In this document: piece by piece, positions 21,237-29,866 of the stretch
Layout of the letters: every line of letters begins with the position of its first letter
Position numbering within the stretch: position 1 is the first letter of the stretch
Assembly: GCA_033977065.1 (NCBI GenBank)
Contig: JAXCHI010000002.1
Location: 207,233-271,232, forward strand
Length of the DNA: 64,000 nucleotides
Source: Candidatus Algichlamydia australiensis
GTDB lineage: Bacteria > Chlamydiota > Chlamydiia > Chlamydiales > JAJFMI01
Direction: 5' to 3'
Notes under the pieces: generated by a model
Seen by the model: only the letters and a program-made list of their open reading frames with translations
What the model was told of the DNA's origin: nothing
Databases searched by the model: none
Program-made: the position numbers and the translations under genes

Positions 21237-22267
21237 ATTTTTTTCTCGTGTTCAAGAAGCCATTTTTTTCGTGCTAAGCCCCCTCCATATCCTCCGAGTT
21301 GGCCATTAGTGTTAATGACCCGATGACAGGGAATAACAATAGCGATTTGATTTGCCCCATTTGCACTTCCAACTGCACGTACAGCTCGGGAGTTTCCCAT
21401 TCTACAAGCAATCTCGGCATAAGAGAGAGTTTGTCCGGGAGGGATCTTTTTCAGCTCTGACCATACTCTCTTTTGAAAAGGAGTGCCAATCATTTTTATT
21501 GGCGTAAAAAATTTTTTTAGTTGGCCTTTGAAGTAGAGGTGCAATTCTTTTTCTATTGAATCGATAATTTTTGTTCTTCCTGGAATAATTGGTGATTTTC
21601 GTAGTCTCTCAATTTCCCGTTCTAGTCCACGGCGATTCACAAACTCCAAAAGATATAAGGTCTGATCATCTGCAATGGCAATCATGGGTCCGAGAGGAGT
21701 ATCAATCCAGTCAGCTTTTAATACCTCTATCTCTTTTGATTTTGTTGGTGGGGCTCCCATAATTTTGGAAAAAGCGTCTCGAAATCCACTCCCTGAATTG
21801 TATCCCGAGTTGATTTGTGTATCAATCACACTTTTCTGCTCCTTTATCTGTTTCAGCGCCAGGCCTAGACGACGAGCTCTAGCAAATGCTACAAAAGTCA
21901 TTCCAAATCTCTTTTTGAAAAGCCGAGATGCTTGCGCGGCACTAATTGATAATTTGCGAAAATCTGATTCCTTCCACTTTTTTTCCGGATTTTCTTCTAC
22001 TGCCTCAACTAATTTTCTAACTACTTCTGGAACGGTTTCGGGATGAGATAGAGGGTGGCAGCGCTTGCAAGGGCGAAAGCCGGCTAGAAGAGCCTCTTCT
22101 GCTGATTTGTAAAACTCACAATTTTCGAGTTTTGGTTTCCGGGCAGGGCAAATCGACCTGCAAAAAACTCCAGTGCTTTTTACACCGACATAAAAAACTC
22201 CATCAAATTCCGGATTTCGATCAATCAATGCTTTATAGTAAATTTTTTTTTGCTCAATAGATAACAT
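21233..22267 (-). CDS. ada: bifunctional Ada-like regulator / O6-methylguanine-DNA methyltransferase
   Basis: N-terminal Ada Zn-finger (CRSICPARKPK...FRPCKRCHP), AraC-type HTH, and a C-terminal MGMT active site IPCHRVI. Confidence 0.85.
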   Translation of the reverse strand: MLSIEQKKIYYKALIDRNPEFDGVFYVGVKSTGVFCRSICPARKPKLENCEFYKSAEEALLAGFRPCKRCHPLSHPETVPEVVRKLVEAVEENPEKKWKESDFRKLSISAAQASRLFKKRFGMTFVAFARARRLGLALKQIKEQKSVIDTQINSGYNSGSGFRDAFSKIMGAPPTKSKEIEVLKADWIDTPLGPMIAIADDQTLYLLEFVNRRGLEREIERLRKSPIIPGRTKIIDSIEKELHLYFKGQLKKFFTPIKMIGTPFQKRVWSELKKIPPGQTLSYAEIACRMGNSRAVRAVGSANGANQIAIVIPCHRVINTNGQLGGYGGGLARKKWLLEHEKKI

Positions 22268-22282
22268 TTTAAACCTCTCTAG

Positions 22283-22443
22283 GATAGCGTCGTCAAAAGG
22301 CTATAATCAGATTGTTTTTCATGTTTGCAGCTTATTTTTGTGCGGAAATTGAAGCTGAATTTGTAAATTCCGCTTCATTTGAGCACAAAAATGGAGCCCA
22401 AACATGAAAAATAAGATGGTTGTATGCTTTTGACGACGCTATC
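22283..22443. mobile_element. 161-bp MITE-like palindromic element, copy 1
   Basis: Perfect 17-bp terminal inverted repeats gatagcgtcgtcaaaag / cttttgacgacgctatc. The internal halves are imperfect inverted copies. Its reverse complement matches 37731-37891 with 2 mismatches in 161 (hand alignment). Confidence 0.8.
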
Positions 22444-22551
22444 TAATACTCCCATGATAAGGGTTTTTGAAAAACCGACCGCCGAAATTTGAACATTAAT
22501 TCTTCGATGTCGATATTTTTGGGGTCTTTTTTCAAATTTTCTATTAAAGTA

Positions 22552-22858
22552 CCAGTACTCTTTAACAGAAAATTTTAGCATTATTTTTACGTCAAAGCTC
22601 TCGCATAAAATGGATCCCAAACGTGAAAAGTAAAGCGATTGTATGGAATTGAAGAAGCTGTCTAGACCTTGCAAAGTTTTCTACAAAACAAAAAAAACAG
22701 CCGCGCAAGCGACGTGAAAGAGGTCTCCTCCAGAAACGAAGTTGAGGGTGGGGAATGAATTTGTAAACCTTCTCGTAGGGCAGCGGGGATTTGCCCAACT
22801 GTCTCTATTGGCTGTTTTTTAAATTAAACACTAAGATTTTCTGTTACAGAGTGCTAGT
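22552..22858 (-). repeat. TIR-bounded non-coding repeat (element X), short copy
   Basis: Ends agtactctttaacagaaaat ... attttctgttacagagtgctag are inverted repeats. The reverse complement aligns by eye with 54753-55240, except for two segments present only in the longer copy. Confidence 0.7.
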
Positions 22859-22872
22859 TATGATGTGCGGAT

Positions 22873-23448
22873 TTATGAGTTTTGAACGGCATCTTTTTTT
22901 ATTTCTACAATGCGCAGGATGGCTGCCGTCAATTCTGGAAACGACTCTTTGTAATAATCTCCACCAAAATGACCCTGGTCTGTAAACTCGTGGTATTCGC
23001 ATGCAAGCATTTTATGAATATGTCTTGGGTGCTCAATCGGAACCCAGGGATCATCTTGAGAAGCAAATAGAACGATTTTTTTCTGGTTTGCACGGATTTT
23101 TTTCCAATCCCAAGGGCTATCGAAATACCCGGACTTTTTCTCATTCTCCATTCCCAAATCTGTATGGTATGCACCGATCAGTATTGATCCCCAAATTTGG
23201 TGGTTTTCGGCAAATTTCATTGCAGCAATAGCTCCTGATGAGTGTCCTACTAAAAGAGTGTCTTTATCGACTTTTAGCTCGTTGATCAAATGAGGAAACC
23301 AGTAGGATTCTCTTGCTAAAATAGGGTCAGGAAACTCCTTTGCAATAACTTGTATACCAGCATTTTCTAAATCTTTTTTAAGATTTGGAAACCAGTTATC
23401 AGCGGTTGTAGCTCCTCCGTTTCCCGGAACAAATACTACTTTTTTCAT
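22873..23448 (-). CDS. alpha/beta serine hydrolase, RBBP9/YdeN family
   Basis: 191-aa ORF with VFVPGNGG, PDPILARESYW, nucleophile elbow VGHSSGAIAAMKFAE, ENEKKSGYF..PWDWKKIRAN and DQGHF. It resembles human RBBP9 as I recall that sequence. Confidence 0.75.
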   Translation of the reverse strand: MKKVVFVPGNGGATTADNWFPNLKKDLENAGIQVIAKEFPDPILARESYWFPHLINELKVDKDTLLVGHSSGAIAAMKFAENHQIWGSILIGAYHTDLGMENEKKSGYFDSPWDWKKIRANQKKIVLFASQDDPWVPIEHPRHIHKMLACEYHEFTDQGHFGGDYYKESFPELTAAILRIVEIKKDAVQNS

Positions 23449-23540
23449 AAACCTACTCCTTTAGGAAAGAGGCTTAAATTTGCTTTTTTATGCTGTTCTT
23501 GTCAAGATTGTGGCATATTTTCCAACATTTGAGGAAGTTG

Positions 23541-24095
23541 ATGTACGCCAAACAAATTTATGAGTTAATAGAGAGCATTTCTCCTCTTGATGAAATTGAA
23601 ATAGCTCATAAAAAAGATGCTTTAGATTGGATTGAATCTGGTGTTGAACTCTGTCGAAAAGAAAAACCTGCAACACCTCCAAAGCACCTCGTCTCATATG
23701 CAATTTTGCTCGATTCAAAGAGACAAAAAATATTACTTGTGGACCACAAAAAAGCTCTGCTTTGGCTTCCTGTCGGAGGACATGTTGATCCGGGAGAGCA
23801 TCCTACTGCTACTGCAAAGAGAGAATTGCAAGAGGAGCTCGGAGTGAGTTTGCAACTCTCAATTCAAAATCCTCTTTTTTTAACGGTGACAGAGACAGTT
23901 GGTGTTACAGCTGGACACATTGATGTTTCGCTGTGGTACCTGTTTGAAGCAAATTCCGAAGATAGCTACGTCTATGATGCAGGAGAATTTAATGAGATTC
24001 AGTGGTTTTCAATGAATGATCTTCCTGAAAGTAGAGTCGATCCTCATCTACGTAGATTTATGCAGAAACTGCACTCCTGCTCCATTTTTTCTTAA
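23541..24095 (+). CDS. NUDIX hydrolase
   Basis: Nudix box GGHVDPGEHPTATAKRELQEELGV. Start placed at the ATG at 23541, preceded by gaggaag. The ORF-track start is 23490. Confidence 0.8.
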   Translation: MYAKQIYELIESISPLDEIEIAHKKDALDWIESGVELCRKEKPATPPKHLVSYAILLDSKRQKILLVDHKKALLWLPVGGHVDPGEHPTATAKRELQEELGVSLQLSIQNPLFLTVTETVGVTAGHIDVSLWYLFEANSEDSYVYDAGEFNEIQWFSMNDLPESRVDPHLRRFMQKLHSCSIFS

Positions 24096-24100
24096 AAGTT

Positions 24101-25690
24101 TCAATATAGAGACCACTCCTCAGTTGCGATTTTCTCTATAAAAGTGGCGTCATGAGAAACCGCTAAAATTGTGCCTTCAAAATGTAAAAGGGACGTTTCA
24201 AATGCCTCCAAGGTGAGAAGATCAAGATGGTTGGTAGGCTCATCCAGTAGGAGAATGTTGGGCCTTTCTAAAATAAGGGAAAGTAGCATAAACCGCTTTC
24301 TTTGACCCGGGCTCTGAGTAGAAAATGGACGGCTTAAAAGTTCCGCACCTCCAATAGCGGCCTTATGCAACTCGCTTCTGAGCTTTTCTTCAATTAAGTT
24401 GTATCTCTCTTCAAAATACCCAAGGGGGGTCTTTTTCAACGGAAGTGCATTTGCTTCTTGATCTAAGTAGGCGACTTTTGCAGTTGGGGCATATCGAACT
24501 TGACCACTGTCAAATGGCAGTAAACCCGCAATGCATTTAAGTAAGGTTGTTTTGCCGGAGCCGTTTGGCCCTGTTAAAAGGATTCGGCTTCCTTTGCTTA
24601 GTACTTTATTTACATCAGAAAATAGAGTTTTCTCACCAAAAGTTTTTGAGACTTCTTCCAACTCTATCGCAACACGAGAGGTGAGAGGTGTCTGCTCGAA
24701 TCTTAACCCTTTGATGGTTTTTGGCTTTGGATGGGGGAGTGGATTTGCTTCAATTTCAGCTAGTTGTGCTTTTAAAAAATTGAGATTGCGTTGCAACGAC
24801 TTTTGATGCTTTTCACCTCTCTTATCGTAGGCCATGAAATTGCGATCTTTTGGAGGACGAGCTTTTTTCTGGGAGAAGTTCGTCGCCTTAATTTTCTGTT
24901 TTAACAAAGTCTTCTCCTCTTCCTGTTTTTCAAAAGCTTTTATTTCTCTTTCTAGTGCGCGTTTTTTTTCTTCTAAGTAAAAGTCATAGTTTCCTCCAAA
25001 AGAATTGAGGTTGCCATCTTTAATTTCGATTAAGCGATTACAAATAGCATTTAAGAATTTCCTGTCGTGTGAAACAACGATTGTGGCTCCTACTCGATTT
25101 TTTAGCATTTTTTCAAGCCAATCTAACATTTCTCTGTCTAAGTGGTTCGTGGGCTCATCAAGCAGAAGAAGGTCGGGATTGTCAATGAGCGCTTTTGCAA
25201 GTAAAATGCGAGCTTTTTGTCCACCACTAAGAGAGGAGACGGGAAGGTTGTACAAAGAAGAATCCAATTTCAATCCACCTAGAACTTTTTCAACAGGAAG
25301 ACGTGAGTAGCCGCCAAGTTGTTCATAACGCTCATGGATTTCCGACCATTCGTCTAATCGATTAGGATCATTTAAGCAAATGGCCATTTGCTCTTCCATC
25401 TCTGCAAAAATTCCCGTTTCGATAAAAGTTCTGGCTGTAACAAGAGATTCTGGAAAATCTGCCTCTTGAGGCATCAAGCCAACTCTTAAATGAGAAGCTT
25501 TACTTAACTTTCCCTTATCTGGAGCAATAACTCCTGATAACAATTTTAACAGTGTGCTTTTCCCTGTACCATTCTCTCCAACAAGAGCAAAAATTTCCCC
25601 TTCATGAATAGATAGAGAAATTTCTTCAAATAAGGTGATTGAATCGAAATGTATAGATATATTTATGAGCTGAGCGAGAAGTTTACGCAT
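24101..25690 (-). CDS. ABC-F family ATPase (two ABC domains, no TM)
   Basis: 529-aa ORF. Walker A GENGTGKST and GPNGSGKTT, signatures LSGGQKARILLA and QSPGQRKRFMLL, and a basic linker of about 95 aa between the domains. Confidence 0.9.
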   Translation of the reverse strand: MRKLLAQLINISIHFDSITLFEEISLSIHEGEIFALVGENGTGKSTLLKLLSGVIAPDKGKLSKASHLRVGLMPQEADFPESLVTARTFIETGIFAEMEEQMAICLNDPNRLDEWSEIHERYEQLGGYSRLPVEKVLGGLKLDSSLYNLPVSSLSGGQKARILLAKALIDNPDLLLLDEPTNHLDREMLDWLEKMLKNRVGATIVVSHDRKFLNAICNRLIEIKDGNLNSFGGNYDFYLEEKKRALEREIKAFEKQEEEKTLLKQKIKATNFSQKKARPPKDRNFMAYDKRGEKHQKSLQRNLNFLKAQLAEIEANPLPHPKPKTIKGLRFEQTPLTSRVAIELEEVSKTFGEKTLFSDVNKVLSKGSRILLTGPNGSGKTTLLKCIAGLLPFDSGQVRYAPTAKVAYLDQEANALPLKKTPLGYFEERYNLIEEKLRSELHKAAIGGAELLSRPFSTQSPGQRKRFMLLSLILERPNILLLDEPTNHLDLLTLEAFETSLLHFEGTILAVSHDATFIEKIATEEWSLY

Positions 25691-25823
25691 AAGTTTGATC
25701 CTTGGTTTACTGCTTTTTTGATGAATTAAAAGAGGAGGGTCAAACTTATTTTTTCATTTTTTTTTAGACTCGCTATATATTTAGCCTCATTTTAATATAT
25801 GCATATTTTTTATTCAAAAAAAA

Positions 25824-26624
25824 CTAACACTTTGCAAATCCATACAAGACTTTTAGCTCTTCTTCTAAAGTTTTTCCTACAGTGATAGCGGCAGTTTTTT
25901 CCAGTGTGCTTTGATGACAATTTTCTAATTGATCAGCAGAGAGCTGCTCAAGCAAAGCTCGTGTCGCATGACTCCAAAGACTATTCCACCAAGCATCAAC
26001 GGTGTCATGTGTAAATATTTTATTTTCTTTTTCAATTTGGACGTTGTGAAAGCCAGCACGCTTGCAGATTTTATGTAACTTGGATTCATTCCAGTTAGAT
26101 GTTTTTACAAAGCTTGTTGTAGGTTGTATTTGATTAATTTGACTTTCTATCAAGTTATCTAATTCAGAATTTTCCGCCCATGTAGAGAAAACTAAACTCC
26201 CTCCAGGTTTTAATACTCGTTTGAATTGTGATAGAGCTTGGGAAGGGGAGAGAAAAAAAGAAAAACAAAAACCACAAAAAACGAAATCAAAGCTGTTTTC
26301 TGGAAAACATAGATTCTCTGCGTCCATGCGCAGAAGATCTACCCGATTGACTCCCTTTTTTGCGAGTCGAACAGATGTTTCAGAGAGCATCTGCTCACTT
26401 ACATCAATACCTGTAATTTTTCCTTTTGAGTTAATGATTTTTGTAAGTGGAAATAGGATTGCTCCTTTACCTGTCCCAACGTCTAGTACGTGGTGGTAGG
26501 GTTCAACTTTTGCCTGTTCTACTAAACGTTTTCCAAAGTAGGTAAAAAACGAGGAGTCTTTTTCCCCATATTGAGGGGCCGCTCGGTCAAAAACTTCTCT
26601 TATCCACTCGTTTTGCTTTTTCAT
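25824..26624 (-). CDS. class I SAM-dependent methyltransferase
   Basis: Motif I VLDVGTGKG and post-I ITGIDVSEQM. Overlaps the upstream AKR gene by 4 bp. Confidence 0.8.
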   Translation of the reverse strand: MKKQNEWIREVFDRAAPQYGEKDSSFFTYFGKRLVEQAKVEPYHHVLDVGTGKGAILFPLTKIINSKGKITGIDVSEQMLSETSVRLAKKGVNRVDLLRMDAENLCFPENSFDFVFCGFCFSFFLSPSQALSQFKRVLKPGGSLVFSTWAENSELDNLIESQINQIQPTTSFVKTSNWNESKLHKICKRAGFHNVQIEKENKIFTHDTVDAWWNSLWSHATRALLEQLSADQLENCHQSTLEKTAAITVGKTLEEELKVLYGFAKC

Positions 26625-27583
26625 AAGAATTTTTCTTTAGACCAGCACTGTTCATAGGAAAAATCAAATTCGTCTGTGAAACCCAAACCATGTTTTTCCG
26701 ATAATCTAAAACGCTTTCCTTGCCTAGCTTTTTCATCAATTTCATCCATCTCCTTTTCTGAAAGAAGAAAGTCAAAAATACTCCTATTTTCTTCGATATG
26801 AGATCTGTTTTGGCTACCAGGCAATGGGATGCATTTATGTTGAGTGATCCATCTAAGAGCGACTTGAAAAGTTGTTTTTTGATACTTATTACCTAGTTCT
26901 TTTAGAAACGGATCTTGAGAAATTCGTCCTTGGTCAAGGGGGCGCCAAGCTTGCGTAGTGATGGAATGTTTTGAGCAAAATTTAAGCAGATCAAAATCGC
27001 AAAAATTCGGGTGCATCTCAACTTGTACCCACGTAACAGGAATATTATACGTTAATGCTTTTTTTACATGATTTACAGAAACATTGCTCAATCCAATATG
27101 TCGAATTTTACCCTCTTGGAGTAGGTTGTTCATTGCTTTTAAAGTGGCATCAATAGGGATTGTGCTATTTGGCCAGTGTAAAAGATAAGCGTCAAGATAA
27201 TCTGTTTTTAGAAGCCGAAGTGTCTTGTTTATGTCATCATGTAAGTCTTTGGGATGCTGTTTGTCGTGCCAAACTTTAGAGATAATGTAAAATTTTTTAC
27301 GGTCCTTTCCCTGAAGGGCTTCTGCAATAGCGGGGAAATTTTCATAATAGGTTGCAGTGTCGATAATGCGGTAACCAGCTTCTATAGCGTACTGCACAGA
27401 TTTTGTACAAACTTCACCTTGTAAAGGGTAGGTTCCAAATCCAATAGCAGGCAATTCTAAATGATTAATTTTACAAATCCCTTTTTTGAGTTCAGTCTGA
27501 ACTCGGCTAGTATCTAAATTCATAGTACAAACAAAAATTACTGGGAGCTGTCTGGTAGAAAGTCTCCCATTTGCATTTCCCAT
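26621..27583 (-). CDS. aldo/keto reductase
   Basis: LPAIGFGTYPL, IDTATYYEN, LLHWP, IGLSN. The true start may be the internal MNLDTS at 27523. Confidence 0.85.
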   Translation of the reverse strand: MGNANGRLSTRQLPVIFVCTMNLDTSRVQTELKKGICKINHLELPAIGFGTYPLQGEVCTKSVQYAIEAGYRIIDTATYYENFPAIAEALQGKDRKKFYIISKVWHDKQHPKDLHDDINKTLRLLKTDYLDAYLLHWPNSTIPIDATLKAMNNLLQEGKIRHIGLSNVSVNHVKKALTYNIPVTWVQVEMHPNFCDFDLLKFCSKHSITTQAWRPLDQGRISQDPFLKELGNKYQKTTFQVALRWITQHKCIPLPGSQNRSHIEENRSIFDFLLSEKEMDEIDEKARQGKRFRLSEKHGLGFTDEFDFSYEQCWSKEKFL

Positions 27584-27689
27584 ATCCTAGCACATAAGTT
27601 CTCTTTAATTAAGCGCCCTTTTCGGGAGACATCGAGTGATTTTTAATAGATAAAAAGCATAATGAAATAAAAAAGCGAGGTATTTTTAT

Positions 27690-27860
27690 ATGCTGTAATG
27701 GGCATTAGTATTTTTTATTATAGCAATAATTGCAAGTGTATTTGGATTTACAGGAATCGCTGTAGGAGCTCAAACGATTGCGGTGTGGCTATTCTGGATT
27801 TTTGTAATTGTATTCTTTATCACACTAATTATGGGGCTTTTGGATAGAAGAAAAAGGTAG
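27690..27860 (+). pseudogene. DUF1328/UPF0391 (YtjA-like) small membrane protein with in-frame TAA at codon 3
   Basis: The SD gcgagg lies 9 nt upstream of ATG 27690. Translation is M-L-stop-WALVFFIIAIIASVFGFTGIAVGAQTIAVWLFWIFVIVFFITLIMGLLDRRKR, which matches the YtjA pattern M-x-[RKY]-W-x-[LI]-x-F-...-GFGG...GRKR. The ORF is below the ORF-track size cut-off. Confidence 0.55.
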
Positions 27861-28027
27861 TTAACTGACAGCCTCTAAAGTTGCACGATGGAAAAAACAA
27901 AAGGCCTTTTCAGTTTCAAAACTCAAGTTACCACCCTCTTCCCAGTTGCGGAAAAAATGCGGAAAATCGTGAAAGAAAAAAGAAATGTCTATAAAATCTA
28001 GGGCTTATCCTTACGAGAGAAAAGCCT

Positions 28028-28659
28028 ATGGACAATCGTGATAATAACAGTTCACTTATTCTTTATCAAACAGAAGACGGGAAGACACAAATAGAAGTTC
28101 AGCTTCTTGACGACACTGTGTGGCTTACCCAAGCACAAATGGCTGAGTTGTTTAGTAAGGATAAAAGAACGATTTCTGAGCATATTCAAAATATCTTCAA
28201 GGAAGGAGAATTATCTGTAGATTCAACTGTCCGGAATTTCCGGATAGTTCAAAAAGAAGGGGTTCGAGAGGTTGCTCGTCAAGTAGATCACTACAACCTT
28301 GATGCTATAATCTCAGTAGGCTATCGCGTTAAGTCTCACAGGGGTACCCAATTCCGTATTTGGGCAACGGCTCGATTAAAAGAGTTTCTAATCAAGGGCT
28401 TTACCTTGGATGACGAGCGGCTAAAAAGGCTTGGTGGGGGGGAATTATTTTGAAGAACTCCCTTGTACGCATTCGAGATATTCGATCCTCAGAAAAAGTA
28501 TTTTGGAGAAAAGTCTTAGACATCTATGCGACAAGCATTGACTATGATCCTAACACTGAAACAGCTAAAGATTTTTTACTTGGGGAAACGATTGCACTGG
28601 AAGTTTTAGATACTCTATCAGATTGGATTTTGGAAACGACTACTCGTATTTCTTCTTAA
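28028..28659 (+). pseudogene. RhuM-family protein, frameshifted and 3'-truncated
   Basis: LILYQTEDGKTQIEVQL..DTVWLTQAQMAELF...VGYRVKSHRGTQFRIWAT...DDERLK, then after frame breaks NYFEEL / LVRIRDIRSSEKVFWRKVLDIYATSIDYDP. The breaks are at the G7 run 28436-28442 and probably at the ctccc just downstream. Recognisable RhuM-like sequence then ends. Confidence 0.8.
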
Positions 28660-29536
28660 GGAGGTCATCAAGAAATTTCCGGTTAAATTGGTAGAGGCGC
28701 TTACTGGTCGTATTCCAGGTTCTCCGTTTGACTAAAAAACCGATGGTTGCAATGGCTTTATTGAAACGGAGAAAAGGGGTAAGAGGCTGATAATTAGGAA
28801 TTTTTCTAACACTTGCGTAGCCCGACAAAAATTCGTCTTTATGTTCCTTTAAACAACTTCCATGCTCGATAGTGCAAAAATCCTCTTCTGCAATACTTGC
28901 TTTGGCGCTAGCCCAATCGATTACTCCTCGTAGTTTCCCCTTATCAACGATTAGATTGCCAAGTCGAAAATCACGGTGAACAACACAAGGACCATCTGCT
29001 GATGAGAGAAGGTGTAGGTGAGAGTCGTAATAATTTTGAGAGGCTTTCAAAAGATCTGAGGGGAGGTGATCTTTGCACTCCTCTAATCCTTCTTTAAACT
29101 TAAAAGTAAAAATTTCTCTAGGGTCCTTGCTAAGATGATCTTGGGTAGGATCACCATATCCTGGTAAGCGATTGAGATGGATAAGGGCTAAGTTTTGACC
29201 GAATTCATGCGCTAAGGATGGTGTTACTTCACTTGATTTTATAAGTGATCCTGGCAAGCATTCCATTAAGATGGCTCCATAAACTCCTTTTTCCGGAGGG
29301 ACTGCATTTACAACACGGGGAACGGGCAGTTTGTTTGAAAGGAGCTTTAGAAAGTAGAGTTCTTTTGAGTAATAATCTTCTTTATCAGAAATTTTCAAAA
29401 TGAGCTCTTCGCCATTTGGCTGTGTAACACGATAGGCTATGGCAACAATTGCATCTTCATGATTAATTTGAGAAAACGATGCTTTTTGAAGGCCAAGTTT
29501 TTTTTGATAATACGATATGTCGATAGACTTCATCAT
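28640..29536 (-). CDS. phosphotransferase (APH/choline-kinase) family protein
   Basis: 298-aa ORF with catalytic loop VVHRDFRLGNLIV followed by GVIDWASA. Confidence 0.75.
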   Translation of the reverse strand: MMKSIDISYYQKKLGLQKASFSQINHEDAIVAIAYRVTQPNGEELILKISDKEDYYSKELYFLKLLSNKLPVPRVVNAVPPEKGVYGAILMECLPGSLIKSSEVTPSLAHEFGQNLALIHLNRLPGYGDPTQDHLSKDPREIFTFKFKEGLEECKDHLPSDLLKASQNYYDSHLHLLSSADGPCVVHRDFRLGNLIVDKGKLRGVIDWASAKASIAEEDFCTIEHGSCLKEHKDEFLSGYASVRKIPNYQPLTPFLRFNKAIATIGFLVKRRTWNTTSKRLYQFNRKFLDDLLKKKYE

Positions 29537-29603
29537 TAAAATTTGCCCTGTAAGAAATTAACACTCAAGTTGCTACCCCTACTCTTCCTCTAGAATGGAG
29601 CTG

Positions 29604-29750
29604 CCCTAGAAGTTAGGGGGCCGCACTGGAAAATTGGACAGGAAGTGGTGGAGTTTGGCTTTAACGGACGCAGGACAGCTCTTAAGTAGAGCTGTTCAAG
29701 GAAGGCAAAGTCAAAGGTTGCCGCTTCTTGTTCCAATTTTTCCTGCGGGA
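29604..29750. other. highly structured non-coding segment next to the tRNA (ncRNA, terminator or att remnant?)
   Basis: A 25-nt imperfect inverted repeat, ccgcactggaaaattggacaggaag (29621-29645) / cttcttgttccaatttttcctgcggg (29724-29749), encloses inner hairpins acagctc-ttaagta-gagctgt and ggcaa-agtcaaagg-ttgcc. A further hairpin ccctagaagttaggg lies at 29604-29618. Confidence 0.3.
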
Positions 29751-29760
29751 ACCTAACGTA

Positions 29761-29834
<74 letters not shown>

Positions 29835-29866
29835 ATGGAAGAGTAATGATAATAGGAAAGGGATTC

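Noticed and set aside
22375-22798. ORFs 22375-22674 and 22592-22798 (minus). Their look-alikes are 54731-54928, 54861-55154 and 41181-41660, which share peptide strings such as PLSRRLRGCFFCF.ENFARSRQL.
   Set aside because: The shared peptides come from repeated DNA. Copies differ by indels that break the frame, there are no SDs, and the sequences are bounded by terminal inverted repeats. I treat them as non-coding repeats.
27888-28001. 37-codon ORF (MEKTKGLFSFKTQVTTLFPVAEKMRKIVKEKRNVYKI) between the DUF1328 remnant and the RhuM pseudogene.
   Set aside because: It has no SD and no recognisable motif, and it sits in a decaying region. It may be a gene fragment, but I cannot support a call.
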